From Truepera sp. (GTDB lineage Bacteria; Deinococcota; Deinococci; Deinococcales; Trueperaceae), in contig CBDCKW010000009.1 in NCBI GenBank assembly GCA_965218435.1, positions 352,001 to 416,000 on the forward strand: a stretch of DNA of 64,000 nucleotides, written 5' to 3'. Below the pieces are notes generated by a model, which made no database searches, was not told the origin of the DNA, and worked only from the letters and a program-made list of their open reading frames with translations. A program made the position numbers and the translations under genes. Shown here piece by piece: positions 9,978-18,619 of this stretch (the first letter of the stretch is position 1; each line of letters starts with the position of its first letter).

Positions 9978-10305
9978 GTTTAGTTCAAAGCAAATCGCAT
10001 CATGACGACACTGCTTAACTACAGCTGCCGGTTGCTCTGCTTGCCGGTTACGCCTGCTGTTTAACCTCCTTCGAGCAGGGAACAGGACTTAAAAATGGTG
10101 CTCGAGCGCCTGTCAGCCGGACCTTTTTACCCCATTTTTAGCCCGAACTTCTCCCACTAAAAACGCGATAAACCCACTGGCGACCAGTTCGTAAAGCGAA
10201 CGTTGTATTGCGTTACAGTAAGCGGTTTATGAGCGGCCCTATGCTCGGAGTGTTCGAGCGTTCGGCAGGCCGAACGCAAACTCAGCGGACCTTCTGGGGG
10301 CAGTT

Positions 10306-11148
10306 ATGAATTTTGCCAACACCTTCGTACCGGTAGCAGCCAACGTCGGACTATTGCCGATGATTACTTACTACATTCTCTTCGCGTCGCAGTTCGCGTT
10401 TCTCGGCGGTTTTATCTGGTTTGTGATGAACCGAGACCGCGTCGTGCCGCAGCACCGCGACTCGCTCGTCTTTTCTGCAATTATCGTCGGGGTCGCCGGC
10501 ATATCGTACTTTTTTATCCGCGACTTGTACCTCAGTATGCTCACGCAGCTTTCTAGCACTGCGGCTCCCGCAGCGCAGGCCAGACTAATTCAGGATTCGT
10601 TTTTGGCTATCGGTCAGTTTCGTTATATTGACTGGCTCATCACCACGCCCTTGCTGCTGCTTAAAACGGTCATGTCCCTGCGGATCAAACCTGCCAGGGC
10701 CGCCGGTGCGATTACGCTCCTACTGCTTGCCGACGTCTTTATGATCGTTACCGGGTACATCGGTGAACAGCAGTTTACGGCGAACGGCGCGGTTCAAGCA
10801 GGCCCGCTCTACTTCTGGGGTTTTATCTCGACAATCGGCTACGTGATCATCCCGCTTACCCTTTACGGCCTCTACCGCCGGTTTCAAGCCGACGCTCAAT
10901 CTGAAGAGCGCACCGCCTTTAAGATTTTGGCCTTTGCGACCGTGACCACTTGGGGCGTTTACCCGATCGGGTACATGTTGCCTGTTTTGGCCCCCGGACT
11001 ATCGCTCAACTGGGTGCATATCGCGTTTACGGTGTTCGACGTGATCAACAAAGTCGGGGCTGGCGTCGTGATGTACATCGCAGCGGCGCGGCTGACCGAA
11101 CGGCGGGTACCCGAAGATCGGATGGCGGGAGAACGTTCACTCGCTTAA
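10306..11148 (+). CDS. Microbial (type-1) rhodopsin, DTK motif, putative outward proton pump
   Basis: Seven hydrophobic segments; helix C RYIDWLITTPLLLLK (D109/T113/K120 = BR 85/89/96); helix F WGVYPIGY; helix G DVINK with Schiff-base Lys249. Confidence 0.93.
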   Translation: MNFANTFVPVAANVGLLPMITYYILFASQFAFLGGFIWFVMNRDRVVPQHRDSLVFSAIIVGVAGISYFFIRDLYLSMLTQLSSTAAPAAQARLIQDSFLAIGQFRYIDWLITTPLLLLKTVMSLRIKPARAAGAITLLLLADVFMIVTGYIGEQQFTANGAVQAGPLYFWGFISTIGYVIIPLTLYGLYRRFQADAQSEERTAFKILAFATVTTWGVYPIGYMLPVLAPGLSLNWVHIAFTVFDVINKVGAGVVMYIAAARLTERRVPEDRMAGERSLA

Positions 11149-11281
11149 CTAGCTGCCGTAAATAGCATTTTCATAAGAGGTTGCCACAAGTATCATCGCA
11201 GAATGTGCGTGCTGGTTAGCTAAGCTTAGATTGAGAGCGTTGCCGACCAGAGGATACCTGCTAAAAAATACCGTAAGAACG

Positions 11282-11307
11282 AGGGCTGACGCTAAGTCAG
11301 CTCTTTT
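11282..11307 (+). terminator. Rho-independent terminator downstream of the rhodopsin
   Basis: AGGGCTGAC-GCTAA-GTCAGCTCT followed by TTT. Confidence 0.65.
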
Positions 11308-11340
11308 ACTTTGAGACGCCTGCTTGGGCTGTTTATACCC

Positions 11341-11937
11341 TTAAGGAAGCACCTTGGCTGCAGCCTCGATAGTTTCCTCCAACTGTCCCAACGCGACCTT
11401 GACCGCGAGTTCAGGTCTCGGCGTTAAAGATGCTAAAAACGCCTCGTCTGCGTGGCCGATCCCGATAGCGATTACCGTAATGCCCTGCGCTCTCGCTAGG
11501 CGGGCGGCGTCTAACGTCGCCGCGCGGCTGTTCGGCATTCCGTCGGTGACGAGCAGTATCACCTTGTCGCCGCGCCGCCTTCGGAGTTGCCGAGTGCCGA
11601 GCCTAAGCGCCTGAGCCATCGCGGTGCGGCCGTAGGGCTCGAGCGTCCCGAGCTGCTTCTGAAACTGCGCCGCGTCGCACGTCGCACCCAACAAAAGCTG
11701 AGCGCGGTGCGCGAAACCGACAATCCCCACGGCGTACTCGCGTTGACGCGCCTCGGTAAATAACCGCAGCGCCCCGCGCGTCAGCTGCGCCATCTTGCCC
11801 GGGTCCGCCATGCTCGCCGAGTGATCCAAAAGCAAGTAGACGGTGCCGCGCACCGGTGATTGCCGGACGAGACCACCGAGCGTCTTCGGCACCAGATTTT
11901 TTGACACCGAGTTTTTTGACACCGAGCTTTTTGACAC
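11341..11937 (-). CDS. von Willebrand factor A (vWA) domain protein
   Basis: MIDAS DHSASM, GRTAM, LVTDG; start uncertain; N-terminal SVSK(S/N) repeats encoded by a 15-bp repeat. Confidence 0.85.
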   Translation of the reverse strand: MSKSSVSKNSVSKNLVPKTLGGLVRQSPVRGTVYLLLDHSASMADPGKMAQLTRGALRLFTEARQREYAVGIVGFAHRAQLLLGATCDAAQFQKQLGTLEPYGRTAMAQALRLGTRQLRRRRGDKVILLVTDGMPNSRAATLDAARLARAQGITVIAIGIGHADEAFLASLTPRPELAVKVALGQLEETIEAAAKVLP

Positions 11938-12194
11938 CGAGCTTTTAGGTGCGGACGTTGCTGATACGCCGCGTTCCAGGTCGCTACTGACCTCTAATTC
12001 GGTACGTTCGTCTTTTATACGCCACTTTACCGCAGCCCTAGGGGAGAAGTTAGCGAGCTGGCTTCACTGTTTTCAGGTATTAAGCAGCATTTTCAAAAGA
12101 GAGTGACACCGTTACCATCGTGAAATATGTGCTAGGCAGTGAAAGCTATATGAAGAGCGTTCCCGACCAGCTGACGTGCCTGCTTGTGCCCTAC

Positions 12195-12221
12195 GCGGGT
12201 ATGCCCCCAGGGTATACCCGC
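12195..12221 (-). terminator. Hairpin just downstream of the beta-barrel gene
   Basis: GCGGGTATGCCC-CCA-GGGTATACCCGC imperfect inverted repeat 8 nt past the stop codon. Confidence 0.4.
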
Positions 12222-12229
12222 TAAAGGTA

Positions 12230-12787
12230 TCAAAAATAGTAGTTTGCGCCGAGCGTCAGCTTGGGGGCGGGGGTTACTTCAACAGGAAATACCCTAAAGT
12301 AAGGGCCGACGAGTCCGAAAGCAGGGAGTGAGACGTCTAGCTCGAGCAGCAGCCCAAAGTTGCCCAAACGGGCCTCGAGGCCGCCCACCCCGCCTACGTC
12401 GAGCAGATATGAGGTAAAAGGGCCGTCGAACGAGTAGGCATAGTAGTAGATATCGGACCGAACGAGAAAGCGGGGGCCAAGGCCACCGTAGGCGATTAAC
12501 GCGAGACCCCGTTCCGGGTTCGGGTCGTAAGTATAAGCGAGCGCGTCGGCGCTCAGTTCAGCGGCGAAACCTGTAGTATTGTAAGGGTCAGCGTTAAAGT
12601 ACGAGATGCTAAAGCGGGCGTCGGTACCGGGAGCCAGCAGGTTTTGCTGACCATAGCTGAGCGTTAGCCCCGAGCCGCTAAACCGGGTCGCTGCGCCGAC
12701 GCCAGCCCACTGTTTAGAGCTGGTTTCATTTTGAGCAAAAGCAGGAACCGTAAAGCAAATGAGCACGAGAGCAAGGTAGATTTTCAT
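12230..12787 (-). CDS. Small outer-membrane beta-barrel protein
   Basis: Signal peptide (AFA-Q), amphipathic beta strands, C-terminal LGANYYF beta-signal. Confidence 0.75.
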   Translation of the reverse strand: MKIYLALVLICFTVPAFAQNETSSKQWAGVGAATRFSGSGLTLSYGQQNLLAPGTDARFSISYFNADPYNTTGFAAELSADALAYTYDPNPERGLALIAYGGLGPRFLVRSDIYYYAYSFDGPFTSYLLDVGGVGGLEARLGNFGLLLELDVSLPAFGLVGPYFRVFPVEVTPAPKLTLGANYYF

Positions 12788-12980
12788 GCCGTTACTATAA
12801 GCGCAGCAGCGTTGTACCTGAGTCTTAGATTAAAAAATGCTGAAGACTTGTTAAGGCGGGCTTCTCAAGGTAAACTTAGGTTCTGCAGAGGTAGAGCTTT
12901 TGCAGCTCGAGGTCGTCTCGAGACAGTTTTTGCTGAGGGCTTACCAGCTTGGTAAGTTTTCAGGAGGAAGATAGGTTAAC

Positions 12981-13217
12981 ATGGCAACAGGCAAGGTCAA
13001 ATGGTTTAGCAACGAAAAAGGCTTCGGCTTTATCGAACAAGACGACGGTGGCGCAGATGTATTTTGTCACTTTTCCGCCATCAGCGGCAGCGGTTACCGC
13101 AGCCTTAACGAAGGTGATGAGGTCGAGTTCGAGGTCGAACAGGGCCAAAAAGGGTTGCAGGCCAAAAACGTCGAGGTGACAAACCCCGCACCCGTGCAGG
13201 AACGCGCCCGCTACTAA
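12981..13217 (+). CDS. cspA: Cold-shock protein
   Basis: GKVKWF, KGFGFI (RNP1), VFCHFSAI (RNP2); AGGAGG RBS. Confidence 0.95.
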   Translation: MATGKVKWFSNEKGFGFIEQDDGGADVFCHFSAISGSGYRSLNEGDEVEFEVEQGQKGLQAKNVEVTNPAPVQERARY

Positions 13218-13264
13218 CAGGTCTTAGCACGATAGGTTCTAGCACGACAAGTCTTAACACGCTG

Positions 13265-13297
13265 AGCGCCTACCTCATAAGGTAGGCGCTTTATCTT
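13265..13297 (+). terminator. Rho-independent terminator of csp (may be bidirectional)
   Basis: Perfect 11-bp stem AGCGCCTACCT-CATA-AGGTAGGCGCT plus T-rich tail. Confidence 0.8.
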
Positions 13298-13728
13298 TAC
13301 GTGCGGCGAACCGCCGTTTTTAATCTACCCAAAAGATGGGTCCAATCGTCCAGCTGAGCTTGCCGCTCACGTCCCGCTTTACCTACGGTGTAAGGTCCTT
13401 GGGTTACCGTCAGCAAAGTATCCGCGTCTCGGCGTTCAAAGTCAACGACAACGCGCTGCTCTCTGTCCGTTTCATGCTCCCAGCGCCAGCTAAATGCCAA
13501 CCGTCTGCCGGGTTCTACGTCTGAAAACGTTCCGGTAAGGATGTGACCTGCTGCAAACTCGTAACAGTAGCGTCCCCCTGGAACCGGGTCTACTGTGACT
13601 TCGTTCGGCCACCACGTTTTGAGCTTTTCCGGTTCTATCCAGTAGCTAAAAAGCTCACCCGGCGTGACATCTCTAAACGTGTCCCAGACGCGGAGGCGTC
13701 CGTCGGAAGTCTGTACGGAGTCGAGCAT
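13297..13728 (-). CDS. SRPBCC/AHSA1 (START-like) domain protein
   Basis: FSYWIEPEKLKTWW, GGRY, EPGRRLAFSWRW, C-terminal helix. Confidence 0.85.
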   Translation of the reverse strand: MLDSVQTSDGRLRVWDTFRDVTPGELFSYWIEPEKLKTWWPNEVTVDPVPGGRYCYEFAAGHILTGTFSDVEPGRRLAFSWRWEHETDREQRVVVDFERRDADTLLTVTQGPYTVGKAGRERQAQLDDWTHLLGRLKTAVRRT

Positions 13729-13742
13729 CAGCGACTCACCGG

Positions 13743-14975
13743 TTAGTTGGCAGCCCGCGCGGTAGACACGGCTTTAGTTTCTGTGGCAGGCGCAAAACGG
13801 TAGAGTGTGCCGCTAAAGTCGGCCACGTAAAGCTCGCCGGACTCGTCTTCACCGAAGGCTACGACGTTAAAACCACTGTCTAGTAAGGTGGTGCTCTGAT
13901 AGCTGCCGCCACCCTGCGCCGCTGCGCTCCAGATCGTGCCACTGGAAAAGTCGCCGTAAACATAACGGCCCCCAAGCGCCGGAACCGCCTCGCCACGGTA
14001 CACGTAACCGCCGGTGATGGACTGACCTTCGCTGTGAGAATACTCGAGCACCGGTTTCACTAAACCTTGCTCAGCGCACGTCCCTAAAGGTGAAGTCGGA
14101 GCAGCGTCGTTATAGCAGCTGTCGGCCTCCATAATATTCCAGCCGTAATCTTCGCCGCCTTTGCTATCTGCAGGCTGATAATCAACCTCTTCAAAGGCGT
14201 TTTGACCTACGTCAGCAATCCACAAGTCGCCGGTCTCACGGTCGAACGAAAAACGCCACGGGTTACGCAGCCCGTACGCCCACACTTCAGGCCGAGCGTC
14301 ACCGGAGCCGACAAACGGATTGTCCGCCGGAATCCCGTAAGGCTCGCCGCTGGGGGCGCTGTCCACATCAATACGGAGCAGCTTGCCGAGCAGCGCGTCT
14401 TTATTCTGGCCGTTACCCTGGGGGTCGCCGCCCGCGCCGCCGTCGCCGGTCCCGATATAGAGGTAACCGTCCGGCCCGAATACGAGGTTGCCGCCGTTAT
14501 GGTTGCTGTAGGGTTGGGGGATAGTCAGCAAGACTTTTTCAGAAGCCGGGTCAGCGACGTTGGGGTCGCTCGAGACTGCAAACTCAGCAATAATGGTCGC
14601 GCCGTCTTGCCGGGTGTAATTGACGAAAAAGCGACCGTTTTGGGCGTAGTCAGGGTGAAAGGCGACGCCTAAAAGCCCTCTCTCGCTATCTGTCGAGACG
14701 GCGCTCGTCAGGTCTAAAAAAGGTTTGTTTAGGACGCTGCCGTCCTTGACGATCTTGAGCAAACCGGTTTTTTGGGTGATAAAAAGCCGCCCCGAACCGT
14801 CTTCGGCGCTGACGACTGAAGTGGGCTGGGTTAAACCGGAAACGACGGGCTCGAGCCTTACCTCAGCGGTGCCCGGACTTGTAACGGGTGTGCTTGCGTC
14901 AGCTTGGGGACTACCGCAAGCTGCGAGGGTAAAGACTAAGGGAAGCAGCGCGTGCTGCCAAGATAAACGAACCAC
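13743..14975 (-). CDS. PQQ-dependent sugar (aldose) dehydrogenase family lipoprotein
   Basis: ERGLLG, HNGG, FGPDGYLYIGTGDGG, GKLLRID, GLRNPWRFSFD. GTG start at 14975 after GGAGG; lipobox LAAC. Confidence 0.9.
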   Translation of the reverse strand: MVRLSWQHALLPLVFTLAACGSPQADASTPVTSPGTAEVRLEPVVSGLTQPTSVVSAEDGSGRLFITQKTGLLKIVKDGSVLNKPFLDLTSAVSTDSERGLLGVAFHPDYAQNGRFFVNYTRQDGATIIAEFAVSSDPNVADPASEKVLLTIPQPYSNHNGGNLVFGPDGYLYIGTGDGGAGGDPQGNGQNKDALLGKLLRIDVDSAPSGEPYGIPADNPFVGSGDARPEVWAYGLRNPWRFSFDRETGDLWIADVGQNAFEEVDYQPADSKGGEDYGWNIMEADSCYNDAAPTSPLGTCAEQGLVKPVLEYSHSEGQSITGGYVYRGEAVPALGGRYVYGDFSSGTIWSAAAQGGGSYQSTTLLDSGFNVVAFGEDESGELYVADFSGTLYRFAPATETKAVSTARAAN

Positions 14976-15054
14976 GGTGTAACCTCCACCTTTACGGTAG
15001 CAGTTACAGGCTGAAAAAGCTGTGTAGCAGCTTAGATTTGGACGCCGGCCAATC

Positions 15055-16140
15055 TTAGACGAACTGCCCGTTTTCTTGAAAGGTCTCGCCGTCAAGTGTT
15101 ATCACGCCGCCTTGCCGCAGATCACAGATCAAATCCCAGTGAATCGCCGAAGCGTTCGTCCCGCCTGTCTCCCGGTACGACTGCCCGAGCGCGAGGTGCA
15201 CGGTGCCGCCGATTTTCTCGTCGAACAAGATGCTTTTAGTTGGGCGCTGAATATTGAAGTTCGTGCCGATACCGAGTTCGCCTAAGAACCTTGCGCCGGG
15301 GTCGGTTTCTAATTGCGCTTGTAAGAGATCATCGCCTTCGTCAGCGTGGGCCGACACAACCTTGCCCTCTTTGAACGTCAGCTCGACGCCACTGACCAGT
15401 GTTCCCTGAACGGCGCTCGGAATATCAAAGCGGATGGTGCCTTCGGCGCTGGTCTCGAGCGGTCCTGTAAACACCTCACCCGAGGGCATGTTGCGGTGGC
15501 CGTCCGAATTGACCCAGGTGCGTCTACCGACGTTGAGCGTCACGTCGGTACCGTCAGCTTGAATGCGCACTTCATGGGCTTGTGAGAGCCGTTCAATCAG
15601 TCCGGCTTGCAGCTCGTGCAGCTTTTTCCACTCAGCTACCGGGTCGGGTTCAAACAAAAACATCGCGCCGTAAACGAAGCGTTCGTACTCGTCTAAGCTC
15701 ATGTCGGCGTCTTGGGCACCCGCGTAGGTCGGATAGAGCGTCCCGCACCATTTGGTCTCTTGAACGCGAATATCGGACACGCGCCGCAACCGTTTTTGCA
15801 GCCGTCCAAGTTTGGACTTGTCCGCCCCTTGCAGCGTGCGGGTATTGCTCGGCGCGCCGACGCGAATCCAGGCAGCGGCCTGTTTGATTTCGGAGAGCTC
15901 GAGCCCCGCTTCAGACTCCAGATAAGCGTCCGTAGCAAGCTCTAAAATATCGGCTGTGAGTTCTGGATAGCCTACGCGCAAATGCGGAATCCCGCCTGCT
16001 CGGAGGACTTCGCGGGTCAGCGCCCTAGCTAGCGGTAGCGCCGGACTTTCAATGTTTAAGAGCACATTCTCACCAGGCTGCACGTCCGTGCAGTAACCGA
16101 CTAAAAGCTGAGCGTAGCGTTCATGAAGAGGATAGATCAT
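15055..16140 (-). CDS. M29 family aminopeptidase (AmpT/PepS-like)
   Basis: NMPSGEVFT, LGELGIG, FDEKIGGTVHLALG, SAIHWD. Confidence 0.92.
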   Translation of the reverse strand: MIYPLHERYAQLLVGYCTDVQPGENVLLNIESPALPLARALTREVLRAGGIPHLRVGYPELTADILELATDAYLESEAGLELSEIKQAAAWIRVGAPSNTRTLQGADKSKLGRLQKRLRRVSDIRVQETKWCGTLYPTYAGAQDADMSLDEYERFVYGAMFLFEPDPVAEWKKLHELQAGLIERLSQAHEVRIQADGTDVTLNVGRRTWVNSDGHRNMPSGEVFTGPLETSAEGTIRFDIPSAVQGTLVSGVELTFKEGKVVSAHADEGDDLLQAQLETDPGARFLGELGIGTNFNIQRPTKSILFDEKIGGTVHLALGQSYRETGGTNASAIHWDLICDLRQGGVITLDGETFQENGQFV

Positions 16141-16193
16141 CCTCCCAAGCTAGCACGCGCCGACGCTCAAACTTTCCGGGTAGACTTGCCTCA

Positions 16194-17144
16194 ATGACAG
16201 CTGACAAAACCCTACCTTACGAACTGTGGGACGTATTTACGACCGAACCTTTTTACGGTAACCCGCTAGCGGTCGTGCCGGACGCGGGCGGCCTCAGTGA
16301 CGCGCAGCTGCAACGCGTCGCCAACGAGTTTGACCTCTCAGAAACGAGTTTTGTCTTTCCTTCGGAAGCTGCTGATGTTCGTGCTCGCTACTTTACGCCG
16401 ACGCAAGAATTGCCGATGGCGGGGCATCCGAGTGTCGGGACAGTCTTTGCGTTGGCAAACCGAGGCAAGTTGGTGGGCAAAGACGAGGTGACGCTGACGT
16501 TAAAGGTCGGCCCCATCAAGATGACGTTAGAGCGTGAGGGCGACACCTTAAACCGTGTGTGGATGAATCAGGGTGTACCGGAGCTGTTAGACACGTTTGA
16601 CAAAGCGAACGTAGCAGCGGCGCTCGGGTTGAGTGAAGGAGAGCTCGAGCCCGACTTACCCGTTCAACTCGGTAGTGCCGGAAATCCATTTTTGCTCGTT
16701 CCGGTTCGTTCTTTGGACGCGCTGGCACGGGCGCAGGTATCGCTACCTGAACTATCTAAACTTTTACGTGGCGAACATCGGGCGGTCTTTGCCTTTACCC
16801 GTCACACTTCTAAGTCTGATGTTCGGGCGCGGATGATAACCGCTAAAGTTACCGAGCAAAAAACTGACAAGGATGTGCCCAATATTCGGGCACGGATGCT
16901 GGGCGCGGCCCTCGGCGTCTATGAAGACCCCGCGACCGGCAGCGCCCACGGGCCGCTCGGAGCGTATTTGGCGGCTTACACGGACATCTTGCAAGGCAAC
17001 GAGGCTGAGTTTGTGAGTCATCAAGGCGTTGAGATGGGCCGAAAAAGTGAGCTGTTCGTACGGTTAAAACGAGTCGAGATGGGTGTCGAGGTCTCGGTCG
17101 GCGGTGCCGCCGTAAAAGTTGGGGAAGGTCAGCTCTTTTTGTGA
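16194..17144 (+). CDS. PhzF family isomerase
   Basis: DVFT..GNPLAV, LSET, RYFTP..ELPMAGH, EDPATGSA, QGVEMGR. Confidence 0.92.
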   Translation: MTADKTLPYELWDVFTTEPFYGNPLAVVPDAGGLSDAQLQRVANEFDLSETSFVFPSEAADVRARYFTPTQELPMAGHPSVGTVFALANRGKLVGKDEVTLTLKVGPIKMTLEREGDTLNRVWMNQGVPELLDTFDKANVAAALGLSEGELEPDLPVQLGSAGNPFLLVPVRSLDALARAQVSLPELSKLLRGEHRAVFAFTRHTSKSDVRARMITAKVTEQKTDKDVPNIRARMLGAALGVYEDPATGSAHGPLGAYLAAYTDILQGNEAEFVSHQGVEMGRKSELFVRLKRVEMGVEVSVGGAAVKVGEGQLFL

Positions 17145-17168
17145 TCGCTGTTAGAAAAGTCTTGATAG

Positions 17169-17855
17169 ATGGCTGAACGGCTGCAAAAGTTTCTCTCGAG
17201 GGCCGGAGTCGCCAGCCGCCGTAAAGCTGAAACGCTGATTCGTGAGGGCAAAGTGACGGTCAACGGCGTCCGCGCTGAGCTCGGGCAACAGGTCGAACCG
17301 GACGACGAGGTACGTGTAGACGGTGTTCGGGCAGAAGTGCAGCAGCACGTGACCTATCTGCTCTACAAACCCGTGGGTGTCCTCTCATCGGTGTCGGACG
17401 ACCGGGGCCGGGAAACGGTCATTGACCTGTTGCCGAAAGTACCGGGGCTGCATCCGGTCGGGAGGCTTGACCTCGAGTCCGAAGGTCTCTTACTCATAAC
17501 CAATGACGGGGCGCTCACCTTGCAACTCACGCACCCGCGGTATGAACACGAAAAAGAGTACCGGGTGTGGTGCGACGCGCCGCTTTCCGAACGCGACATG
17601 CACGCGCTCAGAAGTGGCGTCGAACTGGACGATGGCCCTGCAAGAGCTTTTACGGCGCACCTTTCGCCCGGTGGCTGCACTGTCGTTTTACGGGAAGGGC
17701 GTAACCGTGAAGTGCGGCGGATGCTCGGGGCGCTCGGGTTTGACGTGACGCGCCTGCTCCGTACCCGCGTCGCCCACTTGACGTTGGGTGACTTGGGGCT
17801 GGGTGACTACCGAGAACTTACCGAGACCGACCTCAAACCGCTGGGCATATACTAG
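17169..17855 (+). CDS. rRNA pseudouridine synthase, RsuA/RluB family with S4 domain
   Basis: ERLQKFLSRAGVASRR, PVGRLD, EGRNREVRRM. Confidence 0.93.
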   Translation: MAERLQKFLSRAGVASRRKAETLIREGKVTVNGVRAELGQQVEPDDEVRVDGVRAEVQQHVTYLLYKPVGVLSSVSDDRGRETVIDLLPKVPGLHPVGRLDLESEGLLLITNDGALTLQLTHPRYEHEKEYRVWCDAPLSERDMHALRSGVELDDGPARAFTAHLSPGGCTVVLREGRNREVRRMLGALGFDVTRLLRTRVAHLTLGDLGLGDYRELTETDLKPLGIY

Positions 17856-17943
17856 GTTCTGTCTTTCAGAATCAACTGGAAGCGTTTACAATGTGCTCCG
17901 AAAAAGAAGTAAGCATTCAGCATAAAGAATTTAGAGGTCGGTA

Positions 17944-18003
17944 GCTTGACACAAATAACTTTGATTAAGGCAACTATGTTAAAGACAACTTTGCTAAGGA
18001 CAG
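17944..18003. repeat. Degenerate 15-bp tandem repeat, about 4 copies
   Basis: GCTTGACACAAATAA / CTTTGATTAAGGCAA / CTATGTTAAAGACAA / CTTTGCTAAGGACAG. Confidence 0.55.
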
Positions 18004-18079
18004 CGGCGCTTTTCACGTACTTAAACCGTAACGCCAAAAGCAAAACTCAATATAGCTTAGCTGACACGCGGGGTCTTCG

Positions 18080-18616
18080 GTGACGATTTTCAAGCAGGGT
18101 AGCGGTTCGGTCCAACTCTCTGAAGACCAGGTCAAAGCGCGGGTGCAGGAGCTGGGTCAGGAGATTACCACCGCGTATCAAGACCAACCGTTACACCTGA
18201 TTTGCGTCTTAAACGGCGCATTTATCTTTATGGCCGACCTCGTGCGGGCGATTGACCTGCCGCTGACGCTCGACTTTATGGCAGTGTCGTCGTATGGCTC
18301 GCGGACTGAAAGCTCAGGTGAGGTGCGGCTCACCAAAGACCTCGACCAATCACTTAAAAATAAACACGTGATTTTGGTTGAAGACATCGTAGATACGGGC
18401 CTTACGATGAAATACCTGCTGAGCTATTTGCAGGGACGCGGGCCGCTCTCAGTCAAGGTGGCGACGCTTTTATCGAAACCCTCGAGGCGGCAAGTAGACG
18501 TGCCCCTGGACTTTGTGGGCTTCGACATTGATGACGCTTTTGTCTATGGTTACGGCTTAGATGTGGCGCACCAGTACCGCAATTTGCCCTTTGTCACGAG
18601 CCAGGAAACCGAGTAA
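18080..18616 (+). CDS. hpt: Hypoxanthine phosphoribosyltransferase
   Basis: VLNGAFIFMADL, VEDIVDTGLT PRPP motif, YGYGLD...RNLP. Confidence 0.95.
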   Translation: MTIFKQGSGSVQLSEDQVKARVQELGQEITTAYQDQPLHLICVLNGAFIFMADLVRAIDLPLTLDFMAVSSYGSRTESSGEVRLTKDLDQSLKNKHVILVEDIVDTGLTMKYLLSYLQGRGPLSVKVATLLSKPSRRQVDVPLDFVGFDIDDAFVYGYGLDVAHQYRNLPFVTSQETE

Positions 18617-18619
18617 CCG

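Noticed and set aside
10204..10217. TGTA-N6-TACA palindrome upstream of the rhodopsin as a light-regulator site
   Set aside because: Only 4-bp half-sites; the spacing does not match the TGTA-N8-TACA CRP-family pattern I know; could be chance.
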